Program-made: the position numbers and the translations under genes | The notes under the pieces: model-generated | Told to the model about the DNA's origin: nothing | The model's database searches: none | Seen by the model: the letters and a program-made list of their open reading frames with translations, nothing else | Part shown: positions 30,367 through 40,603 of the stretch, piece by piece | Numbering within the stretch: position 1 is the stretch's first letter | Layout: the number at the start of each line of letters is the position of its first letter | IMG/VR virus record: IMGVR_UViG_3300032249_000480 | Coordinates: 40,787-104,786 of that record | Origin: a virus | DNA: 64,000 nucleotides | Direction: 5' to 3' (one strand)

Positions 30367-31229
30367 ACATTGCAAATGAATTAGATAATGACTACATAGT
30401 ATTTTGTGTTTATCATAATAACTATCGTACACCTGCTGCAGAAATATCAAAAACAAAAGGAACCTTTTTTTGCTTCTCTTGTCAAATAACTAAGACTCTT
30501 ATTGAAGTTGTAATGCATGCCTCTGCAAGATCTTATTTTGAGGCTGCCCGTTTTATTAAAGGAAAAGAACAAGAAAACAATATTGAGTCTGTAATTAATA
30601 AAGCATTATATGCAAAACCAGAATATGTACAATTTGATGAACTAGTTATTAAAAGACTTTATAACAATCTAACAACATATGAAAGAGCAAAGGATTACTT
30701 TAACTATCGCAAAATCAGCATGTCTTCTTGTACAAAGTTTTCATTAGGATATTCAGAAAAGCAAGATATGGTTACTGTTCCAGTACACTCACCAGACGGA
30801 ATGCCCCTTGGATTTGTTGGTCGCTCTATTGAAGGTAAAGAATTTAAAAATACACCAGGTCTTCCAAAAAGTAAGGTTTTGTTTAACTTACATAGAGTAA
30901 AATCATCTGATAAGGTATATATAGTAGAGTCATCATTTGATGCAATTAGACTTGATCAGGTAGGGTTTCCAGCAGTTGCTACCCTTGGTGCAAATGTATC
31001 AAACACACAAACAGAATTGCTTCAGAAATATTTCAATAATATAATTGTTATTGCAGATAATGATGAAGCGGGAGGAAATATGAAAGACAGGATAATTGAA
31101 AAACTTGGATCTCGTGTTTCCGTTATACAGTTAGAAAAACAATATAAAGACATAGGCGATATGAGTGATGAAGCAATTAAAACTTTAGAGTTTAAGTTTG
31201 ACAATTCAATCATGTCTATGCTAAACTAA
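30285..31229 (+). CDS. dnaG: DNA primase (Zn finger + TOPRIM)
   Basis: CVYH...CFSC zinc finger, GFVGR, VESSFDA, ADNDEAG, KDIGD. Confidence 0.9.
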   Translation: MYTRDRRQQGDIYTAEQVKRVLNGSGIDIANELDNDYIVFCVYHNNYRTPAAEISKTKGTFFCFSCQITKTLIEVVMHASARSYFEAARFIKGKEQENNIESVINKALYAKPEYVQFDELVIKRLYNNLTTYERAKDYFNYRKISMSSCTKFSLGYSEKQDMVTVPVHSPDGMPLGFVGRSIEGKEFKNTPGLPKSKVLFNLHRVKSSDKVYIVESSFDAIRLDQVGFPAVATLGANVSNTQTELLQKYFNNIIVIADNDEAGGNMKDRIIEKLGSRVSVIQLEKQYKDIGDMSDEAIKTLEFKFDNSIMSMLN

Positions 31230-31257
31230 AACACACAAACAATAAAAGGAGAAAAAT

Positions 31258-31908
31258 ATGAGCGTAGTAAAGGGACTCAAAAATATTAATGCCCTGCTTG
31301 ATAAGCCAAAATCAGAATCATCAGGTATCAAAGTTCGTTGGGTTAAACTAGCGGATGGTCAATCAGCAAAGATTCGCTTTGTTGAAGAGTTGGACTCAGA
31401 TTCAGCACATTTTACAGAAGATCGTGGTCTTGCTGTAGTAATTTCAGAACACACAAATCCAAAAGACTATAAGCGAAAGGCTGCTTGTACACAAGACTCG
31501 CTAGGCCGTTGCTTTGGCTGTGAGATGGCCCGTAAAGAGCCTAAGAGCGGTTGGAGAGCACGTTTGCGCTTCTACTGCAATGTTCTTGTGGATGATGGCA
31601 CTGAAGAGCCTTATGTAGCCGTATGGTCACAAGGTATCAGCAAGCAATCAGCATTTAATAACATTCGTGAATATGCCCTAGAAACAGGAAGTATCACAAA
31701 TCTTAGTTGGAAGTTAAAGCGTAATGGTCAAGGAACTGAGACCAACTACACACTTCTTCCAACTGCTCCAGACGCAGAACCATACACATGGACTGTTGAA
31801 GGATTCAACCTAGAAAAGGTTGTTCGTGAAGTGCCATATCCAGAACAAGAAGCATTTTACTTTGGATTTGATACTCCATCAGTTACCTCATCAGATGTTC
31901 AGTGGTAA
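31258..31908 (+). CDS. Single-stranded DNA-binding protein (gp32-like)
   Basis: Between primase and polymerase; H...C...CxxC; KRNGQGTETNY; acidic/aromatic tail. Confidence 0.7.
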   Translation: MSVVKGLKNINALLDKPKSESSGIKVRWVKLADGQSAKIRFVEELDSDSAHFTEDRGLAVVISEHTNPKDYKRKAACTQDSLGRCFGCEMARKEPKSGWRARLRFYCNVLVDDGTEEPYVAVWSQGISKQSAFNNIREYALETGSITNLSWKLKRNGQGTETNYTLLPTAPDAEPYTWTVEGFNLEKVVREVPYPEQEAFYFGFDTPSVTSSDVQW

Positions 31909-31912
31909 TTAA

Positions 31913-34900
31913 TTGAACTACGTTGGCTTACACGTACATACCCATTACTCACTATTTGACGGCGTAGCAACTCCACAAGAGTATGTTGATCGTGCTAGTG
32001 CTTTAGGTATGCCTGCAATCGCAATCACAGACCATGGTACGTTATCAGGTCATCGTGAGATGTATCGCATGGCTAAAGAAAAGGGTATTAAGCCAATTCT
32101 TGGCGTAGAAGGCTATATGTGTGCAGATAGATTTGACAAGAGAGCAAAGGCAGATCGCACTGATCCTCTTGATATGGTCTACAACCATATAGTTCTTCTC
32201 GCTAAGAACCAATTAGGTTTAGAGAATTTAAATAAAATTAATGAAATTGCATGGACTGAAGGATTTTTTAGCAAACCACGTTTTGATTTTGAAACATTAG
32301 AAAAGTATCATGAAGGAATTATTGTTACTTCTGCTTGTCCTAGTGGAATAGTTGCTAAGGCAGTAGAACTAGGCGAACTAGCAATAGCAAAGAAAAACCT
32401 TGAGTGGTTTAAAAAAGTTTTTGGTGAAGACTATTATGTAGAAATTATGCCACACAACTCTGCTGAAATTAATAAGCAATTAGTTGAACTTGCTGATGAA
32501 TTTAATATTCAAATTGTAGCAACTCCAGACTGCCACCATGTTGATGAATCACAAAAAGAAATTCAAGAATTTAAATTGCTAATGAACTCTCATGCAAAGG
32601 TTCAAAAAAATATTACATATGAAAAGTCTAAAAAGCAAGACGGAATGATGAAACGACTAGACTATCTTTATGGAGAAGATCGTCAAATGTCATTTAACAA
32701 GTTTGATATTCATTTACTTTCATACGAAGAGATTAAACTCGCTATGGAAAATCAGGGTATTGACAGACAAGACTTATACTCTAATAGTATTAGTATTGCA
32801 GATAAGATTGATGACTATGATATTAAAGATGGACTAAACCTTCTTCCTGTTCAGTATAAAGAGCCAGGCAAACAACTAAAGAAATTGGCTCTTGAAGGTT
32901 TGGTTGCTAGAGGTTTTGGAGATAACCAAGAATATCTTGATCGTTTAGATGAAGAATTGAAAATTATTAATGATAAAAATTTTGGTCCATATTTTCTAGT
33001 TGTTCAAAGCATGATTGCATGGGCAAAGAAAGAAGATATTATGGTTGGGCCTGGCCGTGGTTCTGCAGCAGGTTCATTACTTTGCTATTGTCTAAACATT
33101 ACAGACATTGATCCAATCAAACATGGACTGCTATTCTTCAGATTTATTAATCCAGAACGTAATGACTTTCCAGATATTGATACAGATATTCAGGATACTC
33201 GTCGTGAAGAAGTAAAAGATTATCTTGTTAGACAGTATCGCCATGTTGCATCTATTGCTACCTTCCTTCAATTTAAAGATAAGGGAGTAGTTAGAGATAT
33301 TGCACGAGTTCTCAACATTCCACTTCCAGATGTTAATAAAGTTCTTAAACTTGTAGATACATGGGATGATTTTTGTAATTCAAAATCTACAAGAGAATTT
33401 CGTGACAAGTATCCAGAAGTAGAAATTTATGGAGAGCAACTTCGTGGTCGTATTCGTGGAACAGGTATTCACGCAGCAGGAGTTGTAACAAGTAAGGATC
33501 CAATTTTTAGATTTGCTCCAATGGAAACTCGTTCATCTCCAGGATCTGACGAAAGAATACCAGTTGTTGGTGTAGACATGTCAGAAGCAGAACGTATTGG
33601 TCTTATTAAGATTGATGCTTTAGGTTTAAAAACTTTGTCTGTTCTTAAAAATACTCTTGATATTATTAAAGATCGTCATAAGAAAACCATTAATCTTCTT
33701 GAGGTTCCAATGGATGACAAAAATGTTTATCAAATGCTTTCTGATGGATATACAAAGGGTGTTTTTCAATGTGAAGCAACTCCTTACACAAACCTTCTTG
33801 TTAAAATGGGTGTAAAAAATCTAGATGAACTTGCTGCTTCAAATGCATTAGTTCGTCCAGGTGCTGCTAATACTATTGGAAAAGATTACATTGCTCGCAA
33901 GCACGGTAAGCAAAATGTTTCTTATAGTCATCAGGTTATGAAACCATTTACACAAGATACATACGGATGCATTCTATATCAGGAGCAAGTCATGCAGGCT
34001 TGCGTTCATCTTGGAGGAATGTCAATGTCTGATGCTGATAAAGTTCGTAAAATTATTGGTAAGAAAAAAGATGCTAAAGAATTTAATATATTTCAAGACC
34101 AGTTCGTTAAGGGTGCATCTCAATATATTAGTCCAAATGCTGCCTTAGATTTGTGGCATGACTTTGAAGCACACGCAGGGTATTCATTTAACAAATCACA
34201 TGCCGTAGCATATTCAACATTATCTTATTGGACAGCATGGCTTAAATATCATTATCCATTAGAGTTTATGTATTCAGTATTAAAAAATGAAAAAGACAAG
34301 GATGCTCGCACAGAATATCTAATTGAAGCAAAGCGCATGAATATTCCCATTAAATTGCCACATATTAATGAATCAGACACTGATTTTAAAATTGAAGGCA
34401 AAGGTATTCGTTTTGGATTAACTGGAATTAAGTTTATTTCAGATAACATTGCTTCAAAATATATTAAGGGTCGTCCTTTTAAATCATATAAAGAACTAGA
34501 AGAGTTTACTTTTACAAAAGGTAACGGAGTTAATAGTCGTGCACTAAATGCTTTGCGTCTTATTGGAGCAGCAACATTTGCGGATCAACCAATAAATGAA
34601 AAAGAAGTAAAAGAAAATCTCTATGAGTTTCTTAATCTTCCAGAATTTAACATTACAATACCTTCTCATTATTATGCTTTTATTCAAGATATTGAAGAGT
34701 TTGAAGAGAAAGGTTCTTTTATTTTAATGGGAATGGTAAAATCAATTAAGCGAGGAACTGGATGGTCAAGGGTAGAAGTTTTAGATAAAACTGGAAGCGT
34801 AGGAATATTTGACGATGAACAAACAACAATTGAAGCAGGTGTATCCTATCTTATTTTAGCCAATGACAATCGCATACTTAGCGCAATTCCTGTTGATAAA

Positions 34901-35182
34901 ATAAAAGAGTCAAATTCAGGGCTTGTAAAGTTTTTAAACTACAAGCAAATACCATATACAGATGAAGAAATGTTTGTGGTTTCTTTTAAGCCAAGAGTTA
35001 CAAAGGCTGGGAAAAAAATGGCTTCAATTACAGTAGCAGATTCATCAAGAGAACTTCATTCCATTACGGTATTCCCAACTGCATTTGCAAAGGCATACAT
35101 GAAGATTGAAGAAGGAAATGCTTATAAATTTAGTTTAGGAAAAACAAAAGATGGGACAACAATAATGGAGGATGTACAATAA
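31913..35182 (+). CDS. dnaE: DNA polymerase III alpha subunit
   Basis: PHP HVHTHYSLFDG/TDHG, GPGRGSAAGSL, PDIDTD, HAAGVV, YSFNKSHAVAY; no intein. Confidence 0.96.
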   Translation: MNYVGLHVHTHYSLFDGVATPQEYVDRASALGMPAIAITDHGTLSGHREMYRMAKEKGIKPILGVEGYMCADRFDKRAKADRTDPLDMVYNHIVLLAKNQLGLENLNKINEIAWTEGFFSKPRFDFETLEKYHEGIIVTSACPSGIVAKAVELGELAIAKKNLEWFKKVFGEDYYVEIMPHNSAEINKQLVELADEFNIQIVATPDCHHVDESQKEIQEFKLLMNSHAKVQKNITYEKSKKQDGMMKRLDYLYGEDRQMSFNKFDIHLLSYEEIKLAMENQGIDRQDLYSNSISIADKIDDYDIKDGLNLLPVQYKEPGKQLKKLALEGLVARGFGDNQEYLDRLDEELKIINDKNFGPYFLVVQSMIAWAKKEDIMVGPGRGSAAGSLLCYCLNITDIDPIKHGLLFFRFINPERNDFPDIDTDIQDTRREEVKDYLVRQYRHVASIATFLQFKDKGVVRDIARVLNIPLPDVNKVLKLVDTWDDFCNSKSTREFRDKYPEVEIYGEQLRGRIRGTGIHAAGVVTSKDPIFRFAPMETRSSPGSDERIPVVGVDMSEAERIGLIKIDALGLKTLSVLKNTLDIIKDRHKKTINLLEVPMDDKNVYQMLSDGYTKGVFQCEATPYTNLLVKMGVKNLDELAASNALVRPGAANTIGKDYIARKHGKQNVSYSHQVMKPFTQDTYGCILYQEQVMQACVHLGGMSMSDADKVRKIIGKKKDAKEFNIFQDQFVKGASQYISPNAALDLWHDFEAHAGYSFNKSHAVAYSTLSYWTAWLKYHYPLEFMYSVLKNEKDKDARTEYLIEAKRMNIPIKLPHINESDTDFKIEGKGIRFGLTGIKFISDNIASKYIKGRPFKSYKELEEFTFTKGNGVNSRALNALRLIGAATFADQPINEKEVKENLYEFLNLPEFNITIPSHYYAFIQDIEEFEEKGSFILMGMVKSIKRGTGWSRVEVLDKTGSVGIFDDEQTTIEAGVSYLILANDNRILSAIPVDKIKESNSGLVKFLNYKQIPYTDEEMFVVSFKPRVTKAGKKMASITVADSSRELHSITVFPTAFAKAYMKIEEGNAYKFSLGKTKDGTTIMEDVQ

Positions 35183-35499
35183 TGCTTAACGAACTAGCGG
35201 TTGAACTGCATAAAACAGCAACAGATAAAGGCTTCTGGGATACTCCAGTAGATGATATTTTTATTGCCAAACAATGTATGATGATTGTTTCTGAAGTAAC
35301 TGAGGTAATGGAAGCAATCAGAAAATCAAAGGGTAGTGAAGAGGTAACAAAAGAAGTTGCAGATATCCTAATTCGCACACTAGATCTATACGCTGGAATG
35401 TTTAACAATGGATATGTAACTCATTCACTTGATGAGATGTTTGAAGAAAAAACTCAATTTAACACTACTCGTCCAGAAAAGCATGGGGTAAAATTCTAA
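35182..35499 (+). CDS. MazG-like nucleotide pyrophosphohydrolase
   Basis: SEVTEVMEAIRK...KEVADILIR (ExxE...ExxD). Confidence 0.8.
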   Translation: MLNELAVELHKTATDKGFWDTPVDDIFIAKQCMMIVSEVTEVMEAIRKSKGSEEVTKEVADILIRTLDLYAGMFNNGYVTHSLDEMFEEKTQFNTTRPEKHGVKF

Positions 35500-36518
35500 T
35501 GACTATGACAGTTGAAGATGTATTAGCACAACTAAACCCTAAGTTACGTAAAACTATCATGGTTGGTGATGCTTTGCCACCAACAGAATATGCTGCAACT
35601 CCTAGTTTTGGGCTTAACAAGGCTTTAAATGGTGGATTACCATATGGTCGTCAAATACTTGTTTGGGGTTCTAAATCATCTGCAAAGTCCTCTCTATGCC
35701 TTCAGATGATTGGTTTGGCACAGAAGGAAGGAAAAATCTGTGCTTGGATTGATGCAGAGATGTCTTACGATAAAAATTGGGCAACTAAACTTGGAGTAGA
35801 TACTTCTAAGTTAATTGTTTCACAATGTCGTACAATTAATGAAATGGTAGATATTGGAACCAATCTTATGAATGCTGGAGTTGATATGATTGTTATTGAT
35901 AGTATTACTTCTCTTCTTCCAGCAATTTATTTTGAAAAGGATTCAGATGAACTTAAACAACTTGAAAATACAAAACAAATCGGTGCGGAGTCTAGAGACT
36001 TTAGTAATGCATGGAAAATGCTTAACTATGCAAACAATAAAGTTAAGCCAACTATGCTTGTTCTTATTTCTCAGTCTCGTAACAATATCAGTGCTATGTA
36101 TACTAGCCAGCAGCCTACTGGTGGTCAGGCTACTAAGTTTTATTCCTCAACTGTTATTAAGTTATTTTCTTCTGAATCCGACAACCAAGCAATTAAAGGA
36201 AAGATTCCCGTTGGAGATAAACTTATTGAAGAAAAAATTGGTCGCAAAGTACTTTGGCAATTACAATTTTCTAAAACTTCTCCTGGTTTTCAGTCTGGTG
36301 AGTATGACTTTTATTTCAGGGGAAATGATGTTGGCATTGATAGCATTGGTGATCTTGTTGATACGGCTGAACTCGCAGGACTAGTAACTAGAACTGGTGC
36401 CTGGTATCTTCTTCCAGATGGAACAAAGGTTCAAGGTCGTGAAGGATTTGTTAATAGAGTAAAGGAAGACTTAGATCTTCAGGATTTACTGAAAAGCCAA
36501 CTGATAAATGTCTCATAA
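35499..36518 (+). CDS. recA: RecA/UvsX recombinase
   Basis: GGLPYGR, WIDAE, VIDS, ISQSR, PTGG, GAWY. Confidence 0.9.
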   Translation: MTMTVEDVLAQLNPKLRKTIMVGDALPPTEYAATPSFGLNKALNGGLPYGRQILVWGSKSSAKSSLCLQMIGLAQKEGKICAWIDAEMSYDKNWATKLGVDTSKLIVSQCRTINEMVDIGTNLMNAGVDMIVIDSITSLLPAIYFEKDSDELKQLENTKQIGAESRDFSNAWKMLNYANNKVKPTMLVLISQSRNNISAMYTSQQPTGGQATKFYSSTVIKLFSSESDNQAIKGKIPVGDKLIEEKIGRKVLWQLQFSKTSPGFQSGEYDFYFRGNDVGIDSIGDLVDTAELAGLVTRTGAWYLLPDGTKVQGREGFVNRVKEDLDLQDLLKSQLINVS

Positions 36519-36690
36519 ACCTTTTACTGTACATAAAGGAACATTCCTTTGTCAAGAGTGTAAGATAGAAGTTTACTCAATGAGATATTGGGGTGAAACT
36601 GGCAAAGCAAGTTGGATGTGCAAAGATAAACATTTAAGTGAAATTCAGTTAATATATGTGAAAGGTATGCATCGTGAGCGAAAAGAATGA
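36508..36690 (+). CDS. Small Cys/His protein
   Basis: CQEC...CKDKH; overlaps neighbours. Confidence 0.5.
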   Translation: MSHKPFTVHKGTFLCQECKIEVYSMRYWGETGKASWMCKDKHLSEIQLIYVKGMHRERKE

Positions 36691-36970
36691 GGCTAAAAGA
36701 ATTGGCGCTAAACAACATAAAAATTCTGGTCGTAATACTCAAAAAGGTGATGCAACTTGGAAAGGCTTTGTGGTTGATTTTAAAGAAGTCTCCAAGTCTT
36801 TTACCCTAAATCAGGATGTTTGGGCTAAGGTAACTACAGATGCAATTAAAGCGGGTACAGACAAAGCACCAGCAATTGTAGTAATACTTGGAGAAGGAAA
36901 TACAAAGGTAAGACTTGCTATAATTGAGATGGAAATGTTAGAACAGTTAACGGAGGAACAATATGAGTAA
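36674..36970 (+). CDS. PD-(D/E)XK nuclease, Holliday junction resolvase-like
   Basis: E...NSG...KGD...VDFK pattern. Confidence 0.65.
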   Translation: MSEKNEAKRIGAKQHKNSGRNTQKGDATWKGFVVDFKEVSKSFTLNQDVWAKVTTDAIKAGTDKAPAIVVILGEGNTKVRLAIIEMEMLEQLTEEQYE

Positions 36971-37502
36971 TAATATACTTCTTGATAATGTTTTATCAGA
37001 AGAACAGGTTGAAAGAATTAAGCAGAAATCATTTAAATATATGACAGAACTTACAACCTTTGTAGGTGATTTTGATAAGGATGGAGATAAAACAAAATTA
37101 ACTAAAATTGTTAATAGTTTTACTGGAAGAGCATTGGTTCATTGTTTTGAACTAGATGATGACATTATTGATTCTTTTTTAAATTGCCTTAAATTAAATG
37201 GGTTTGATCAATATTTTTATATAAATTCTACATCATATGCAGAATATAGTTTAAAGTATGGAAATCCAAAACTTCCAGAACATAGAGATAATCCAAACAC
37301 ATCTGATCATATTATTGTTGATTATCAAATTGATTCTAATATTAACTGGCCAGTAATAGTTGATGACAATGAATACATCATGAAAGACAACTCTATGTTA
37401 GTTTTTAATGGGATTGAACAATATCATTCAAGACCAAAGATTATTTTCAAAGATAAAGAATTTGTTAAAGTTTTACTTATACGATTTGATAGGATAATAT
37501 AA
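36963..37502 (+). CDS. 2OG-Fe(II) oxygenase-like protein
   Basis: LPEHRD...NWP...YHSRP (HxD...H..R). Confidence 0.65.
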   Translation: MSNNILLDNVLSEEQVERIKQKSFKYMTELTTFVGDFDKDGDKTKLTKIVNSFTGRALVHCFELDDDIIDSFLNCLKLNGFDQYFYINSTSYAEYSLKYGNPKLPEHRDNPNTSDHIIVDYQIDSNINWPVIVDDNEYIMKDNSMLVFNGIEQYHSRPKIIFKDKEFVKVLLIRFDRII

Positions 37503-37807
37503 TGGAACAAAAAGAAACAACACTAGATATGGTAAATGGATTAGCAGAAATTGCTGATTATATGCAGGATGAGGAACTGACACAGGCATTAACTTTTATT
37601 GCTAAGATTATTATAAAGCCTGATATTCCGAATCAGGTAGCAACTATTGAAATTGTTAGACTTCAGGCTATTGCTGCAAAAATGGCATTCAAGGCTACGT
37701 GGATGGCCAATGTTGATAAATCTGACAGAGGAAAGAAAAATCTATATTATACTGCTGCAGAATCAATTAACAACTTAGTTGCAGCACTCAAATACACAAC
37801 ACGATAG
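37502..37807 (+). CDS. Hypothetical helical protein in recombination block
   Basis: TAATG-coupled ORF. Confidence 0.65.
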   Translation: MEQKETTLDMVNGLAEIADYMQDEELTQALTFIAKIIIKPDIPNQVATIEIVRLQAIAAKMAFKATWMANVDKSDRGKKNLYYTAAESINNLVAALKYTTR

Positions 37808-37843
37808 TCTGATATACTTAATAAAACAGAAAAGAGTTTTAAA

Positions 37844-38656
37844 TTGACAAAAAATTTATTAAAAAGCGTAATGATTAAAACAGCAGAAAAGAAAATGACA
37901 ATAGATAATCAGGCTTTAATTTCAAAGATTCAGTCTGGATATATTGAGGGACGTACTGCAAAGCATACACAAAAGAAAACTTTTGCTCCTTCTACAATTG
38001 CTTGGAGTCATGGAGAGTGTCCACGTTATTGGTATCTAGCATTTGAAGGTAATACCTTTGAAGATGATACAACTCCATATAGCGCAGCAAATATGTCATC
38101 TGGAACTATGGGCCATGACAGAATTCAGGGTGCAATGATGAAGGCTGGCGTTGCTACAATATTTAAAGATGATGCTGGAAATGATACAACAGAGTTTAAA
38201 GTTTTTAATACTGATCCCCCAATTTTTGGGTATGGCGATGTCATGCTTAATTGGGAAGGTGAGGAAATTGTTGGTGAAATTAAAACAATGATGAATGAAG
38301 CATTTGAGTATCGTAAAAATTCAGGCACACCTAAGTCTGGACACGTTATTCAGTTGCTTATTTATATGAAGATTCTTAAGAAAGCAAAGGGGATGCTTAT
38401 CTATGAGAATAAAAATAATCATGAACTACTAATCTTTGAGGTTGGTGTTAATGATCAGTATAGACAATGGGTAGACTATGCGTTTAACTGGATGCGAGAA
38501 GTTCGCAAATCTTGGGAAGATAAAGTTCTTCCTACAAAAAACTACAGATCTAATTCAAAGATTTGTAAAGGTTGCCCAGTAAAAGAAGCGTGTGGTAATG
38601 CAGGGGTAGGATCTGTAAAGATCGCATCTCTGGAGGAACTGAGTGAAACTATGTAA
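37844..38656 (+). CDS. Cas4/AddB-like PD-(D/E)XK exonuclease with Fe-S ligands
   Basis: PS...CPRYWY, GHD, D...EIK, QLLIY, C-terminal CKGCPVKEAC. Confidence 0.82.
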   Translation: MTKNLLKSVMIKTAEKKMTIDNQALISKIQSGYIEGRTAKHTQKKTFAPSTIAWSHGECPRYWYLAFEGNTFEDDTTPYSAANMSSGTMGHDRIQGAMMKAGVATIFKDDAGNDTTEFKVFNTDPPIFGYGDVMLNWEGEEIVGEIKTMMNEAFEYRKNSGTPKSGHVIQLLIYMKILKKAKGMLIYENKNNHELLIFEVGVNDQYRQWVDYAFNWMREVRKSWEDKVLPTKNYRSNSKICKGCPVKEACGNAGVGSVKIASLEELSETM

Positions 38657-38939
38657 TTGGTGTGATGCATCATTCAAACCTGCAGTTTCTTATCAAATAT
38701 ATTGTTCTGAACAATGTAGAGAACTTGCAACAAAAGAAAAGATTGCTGAACGTCATAAAGTTTTAAAAAGAAAGAAAAGATTTGGTAAAGAAAGAAAATG
38801 TCTTGGCGGATGTGGAACTTCTTTAACTGTTTATAATGATTCTGGGTTTTGTGCTAATTGCAATATTAACCCAAAAGATGTGAACAAGGCATTAAAAGAA
38901 CTAAAAAGATTGGGAATTATAGAGTATGAGCAAGAATAA
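38643..38939 (+). CDS. Cys-rich zinc-binding protein
   Basis: CNWC, YCSEQC, CLGGC, CANC. Confidence 0.65.
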   Translation: MKLCNWCDASFKPAVSYQIYCSEQCRELATKEKIAERHKVLKRKKRFGKERKCLGGCGTSLTVYNDSGFCANCNINPKDVNKALKELKRLGIIEYEQE

Positions 38940-39513
38940 GTGGGGATTAGAACTTCCACCTAAAAATATTTGTGCAATTGATGCTAGCACAAATAGTCTT
39001 GCTTATGCTGTTTTTTCTAATAAGAATATAACCGAATGCGGAAAAATTAATTTTCAAGGTGATGATATCTATGCTAAAGTTGGAGATGCAGCAAGAAAAA
39101 CATTAGCATATTTTGATGCAGTAATAGATGCAGATGCTATCGTTATTGAACATACTGTTTTTATGAATAGCCCAAAAACTGCTGCAGATCTTGCTCTTGT
39201 TCAAGGAGCACTATTAGGGGCTGCTGCAATGTATGGAATAACAACTGTTGGCAAAGTGTCACCAATCACTTGGCAAAATTATATAGGTAATAAAAAGATA
39301 TCAAAAGATGAAAAATTTTTTATTAGATCTAAAAATCCAGGCAAGTCAGAATCTTGGTATAAAACTTATGAAAGAGACCTAAGAAAAGAAAGAACAATTA
39401 AGTTTATTAATATAAACTACAATAAGAATATTACTGATAATGATGTTGCCGATGCTTGTGGTATTGGTCATTGGGCTATTAATAATTGGGGAAAAGCAAT
39501 AGGTTTAGCATGA
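38926..39513 (+). CDS. RuvC-like Holliday junction resolvase
   Basis: AIDAS, IVIE, DVADACGIG. Confidence 0.78.
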   Translation: MSKNKWGLELPPKNICAIDASTNSLAYAVFSNKNITECGKINFQGDDIYAKVGDAARKTLAYFDAVIDADAIVIEHTVFMNSPKTAADLALVQGALLGAAAMYGITTVGKVSPITWQNYIGNKKISKDEKFFIRSKNPGKSESWYKTYERDLRKERTIKFININYNKNITDNDVADACGIGHWAINNWGKAIGLA

Positions 39514-39689
39514 GAAAACTTTTTTCTTTTAAAACTTTAAAAGCGCCAGTTTCTTTAGTAGTTAAAACTAAGTGTCCATCTAAGTGGCTTTTAATTGATA
39601 GAGAAACTGGACAAATGTTTCAAGGTAGTGAAACTGGATACTGGGACAGATTAGATCCAAAAATAAAAACAAACAAGGAGATAAAATAA
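39510..39689 (+). CDS. Hypothetical protein
   Basis: ATGA overlap with the RuvC-like gene. Confidence 0.55.
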   Translation: MRKLFSFKTLKAPVSLVVKTKCPSKWLLIDRETGQMFQGSETGYWDRLDPKIKTNKEIK

Positions 39690-40333
39690 TGCCAGAACTA
39701 AATGCAAATATACCCCCAATAAGTTGTTACGTAAGGGGAAACTTTTTAAGAGATCAAGAAGATAGCCATGATGAATATTTTCCATGTGTTATTTTTGGAG
39801 TATCAAGTATTAAAGGAAGAAGTCCTTTATTTCATTTTTTGATGGAAGACGGTGGACTCTGGTGGAGAATGCCAATTAATGCATTCTGTACTAAGCCAGG
39901 AGTTCCTGAAGAACCTATCTATAACCTTATACTATGGAATTCATTTTCTCCACACATTGCTGTAACTAAATTTCAAAACCTAACCAACATGAGAATGTCA
40001 TATCTTAATAGAGAAAAAGAAAGCATTCCTGGTAAGTATCTGTTTACACTTGACTGGCACAATCCAGAATCAAATATATTAGACGATGGATATTCAGAAA
40101 GTCCAGCAGACCATAAGTGTGGCCACGTTATACAAAGAGATGACGGAAACTTTGCGATTCAGCCTAATAATAGAGTTAAATTATATGAACCATCATTTGT
40201 AACAAAGCAAAGCCTATTACTTCACAGACTTGTAAATACAAACAAGTGGGATGTTGAAAGTTATGATAAGTGGGTATTAGAAGATTCAAATGCATACAAC
40301 TATGATATTTTTGAGCCAGAGGTTGACAAATAA
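39689..40333 (+). CDS. Hypothetical protein
   Basis: AAGGAG SD; YLFTLDW, HKCGH, QPNNR. Confidence 0.7.
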   Translation: MPELNANIPPISCYVRGNFLRDQEDSHDEYFPCVIFGVSSIKGRSPLFHFLMEDGGLWWRMPINAFCTKPGVPEEPIYNLILWNSFSPHIAVTKFQNLTNMRMSYLNREKESIPGKYLFTLDWHNPESNILDDGYSESPADHKCGHVIQRDDGNFAIQPNNRVKLYEPSFVTKQSLLLHRLVNTNKWDVESYDKWVLEDSNAYNYDIFEPEVDK

Positions 40334-40351
40334 CATTATGCCTGCTAAACT
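40323..40351 (+). promoter_or_regulatory. SigA-type promoter upstream of the terminase region
   Basis: TTGACA-17 nt-TAAACT with extended TG. Confidence 0.55.
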
Positions 40352-40493
40352 ATATACAAGTGAGTCTTGGCTTCGTAAACGCTATGTTATGGACAAAAAG
40401 ACTCCTGAAGACATTGCTAAAGAGTGTGGATGCTCAGTGGAAACTGTATATGTATACCTTGCAAAATTTGGATTAAGGAGGTCTAGACGATGA
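40338..40493 (+). CDS. Small HTH protein
   Basis: TPEDIAKECGCSVETVYVYLAKFG. Confidence 0.7.
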   Translation: MPAKLYTSESWLRKRYVMDKKTPEDIAKECGCSVETVYVYLAKFGLRRSRR

Positions 40494-40603
40494 AAAAGTT
40501 TATAATTCTTGTAGGCATTGCTTGCTCAGTTGGTATGATGTATGCAATATCAACATTAAAAGGAATGCCTGATGCTTTTGATTGGGAATCTGACGATGAG
40601 TGA
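40490..40603 (+). CDS. 37-aa single-pass membrane peptide
   Basis: AAGGAGG SD; MKKFIILVGIACSVGMMYAIS. Confidence 0.55.
   Translation: MKKFIILVGIACSVGMMYAISTLKGMPDAFDWESDDE

Noticed and set aside
37844-38656. Cas4-like gene as sign of a CRISPR system
   Set aside because: No repeat-spacer array or other cas genes seen; such nucleases are common in phage recombination modules.
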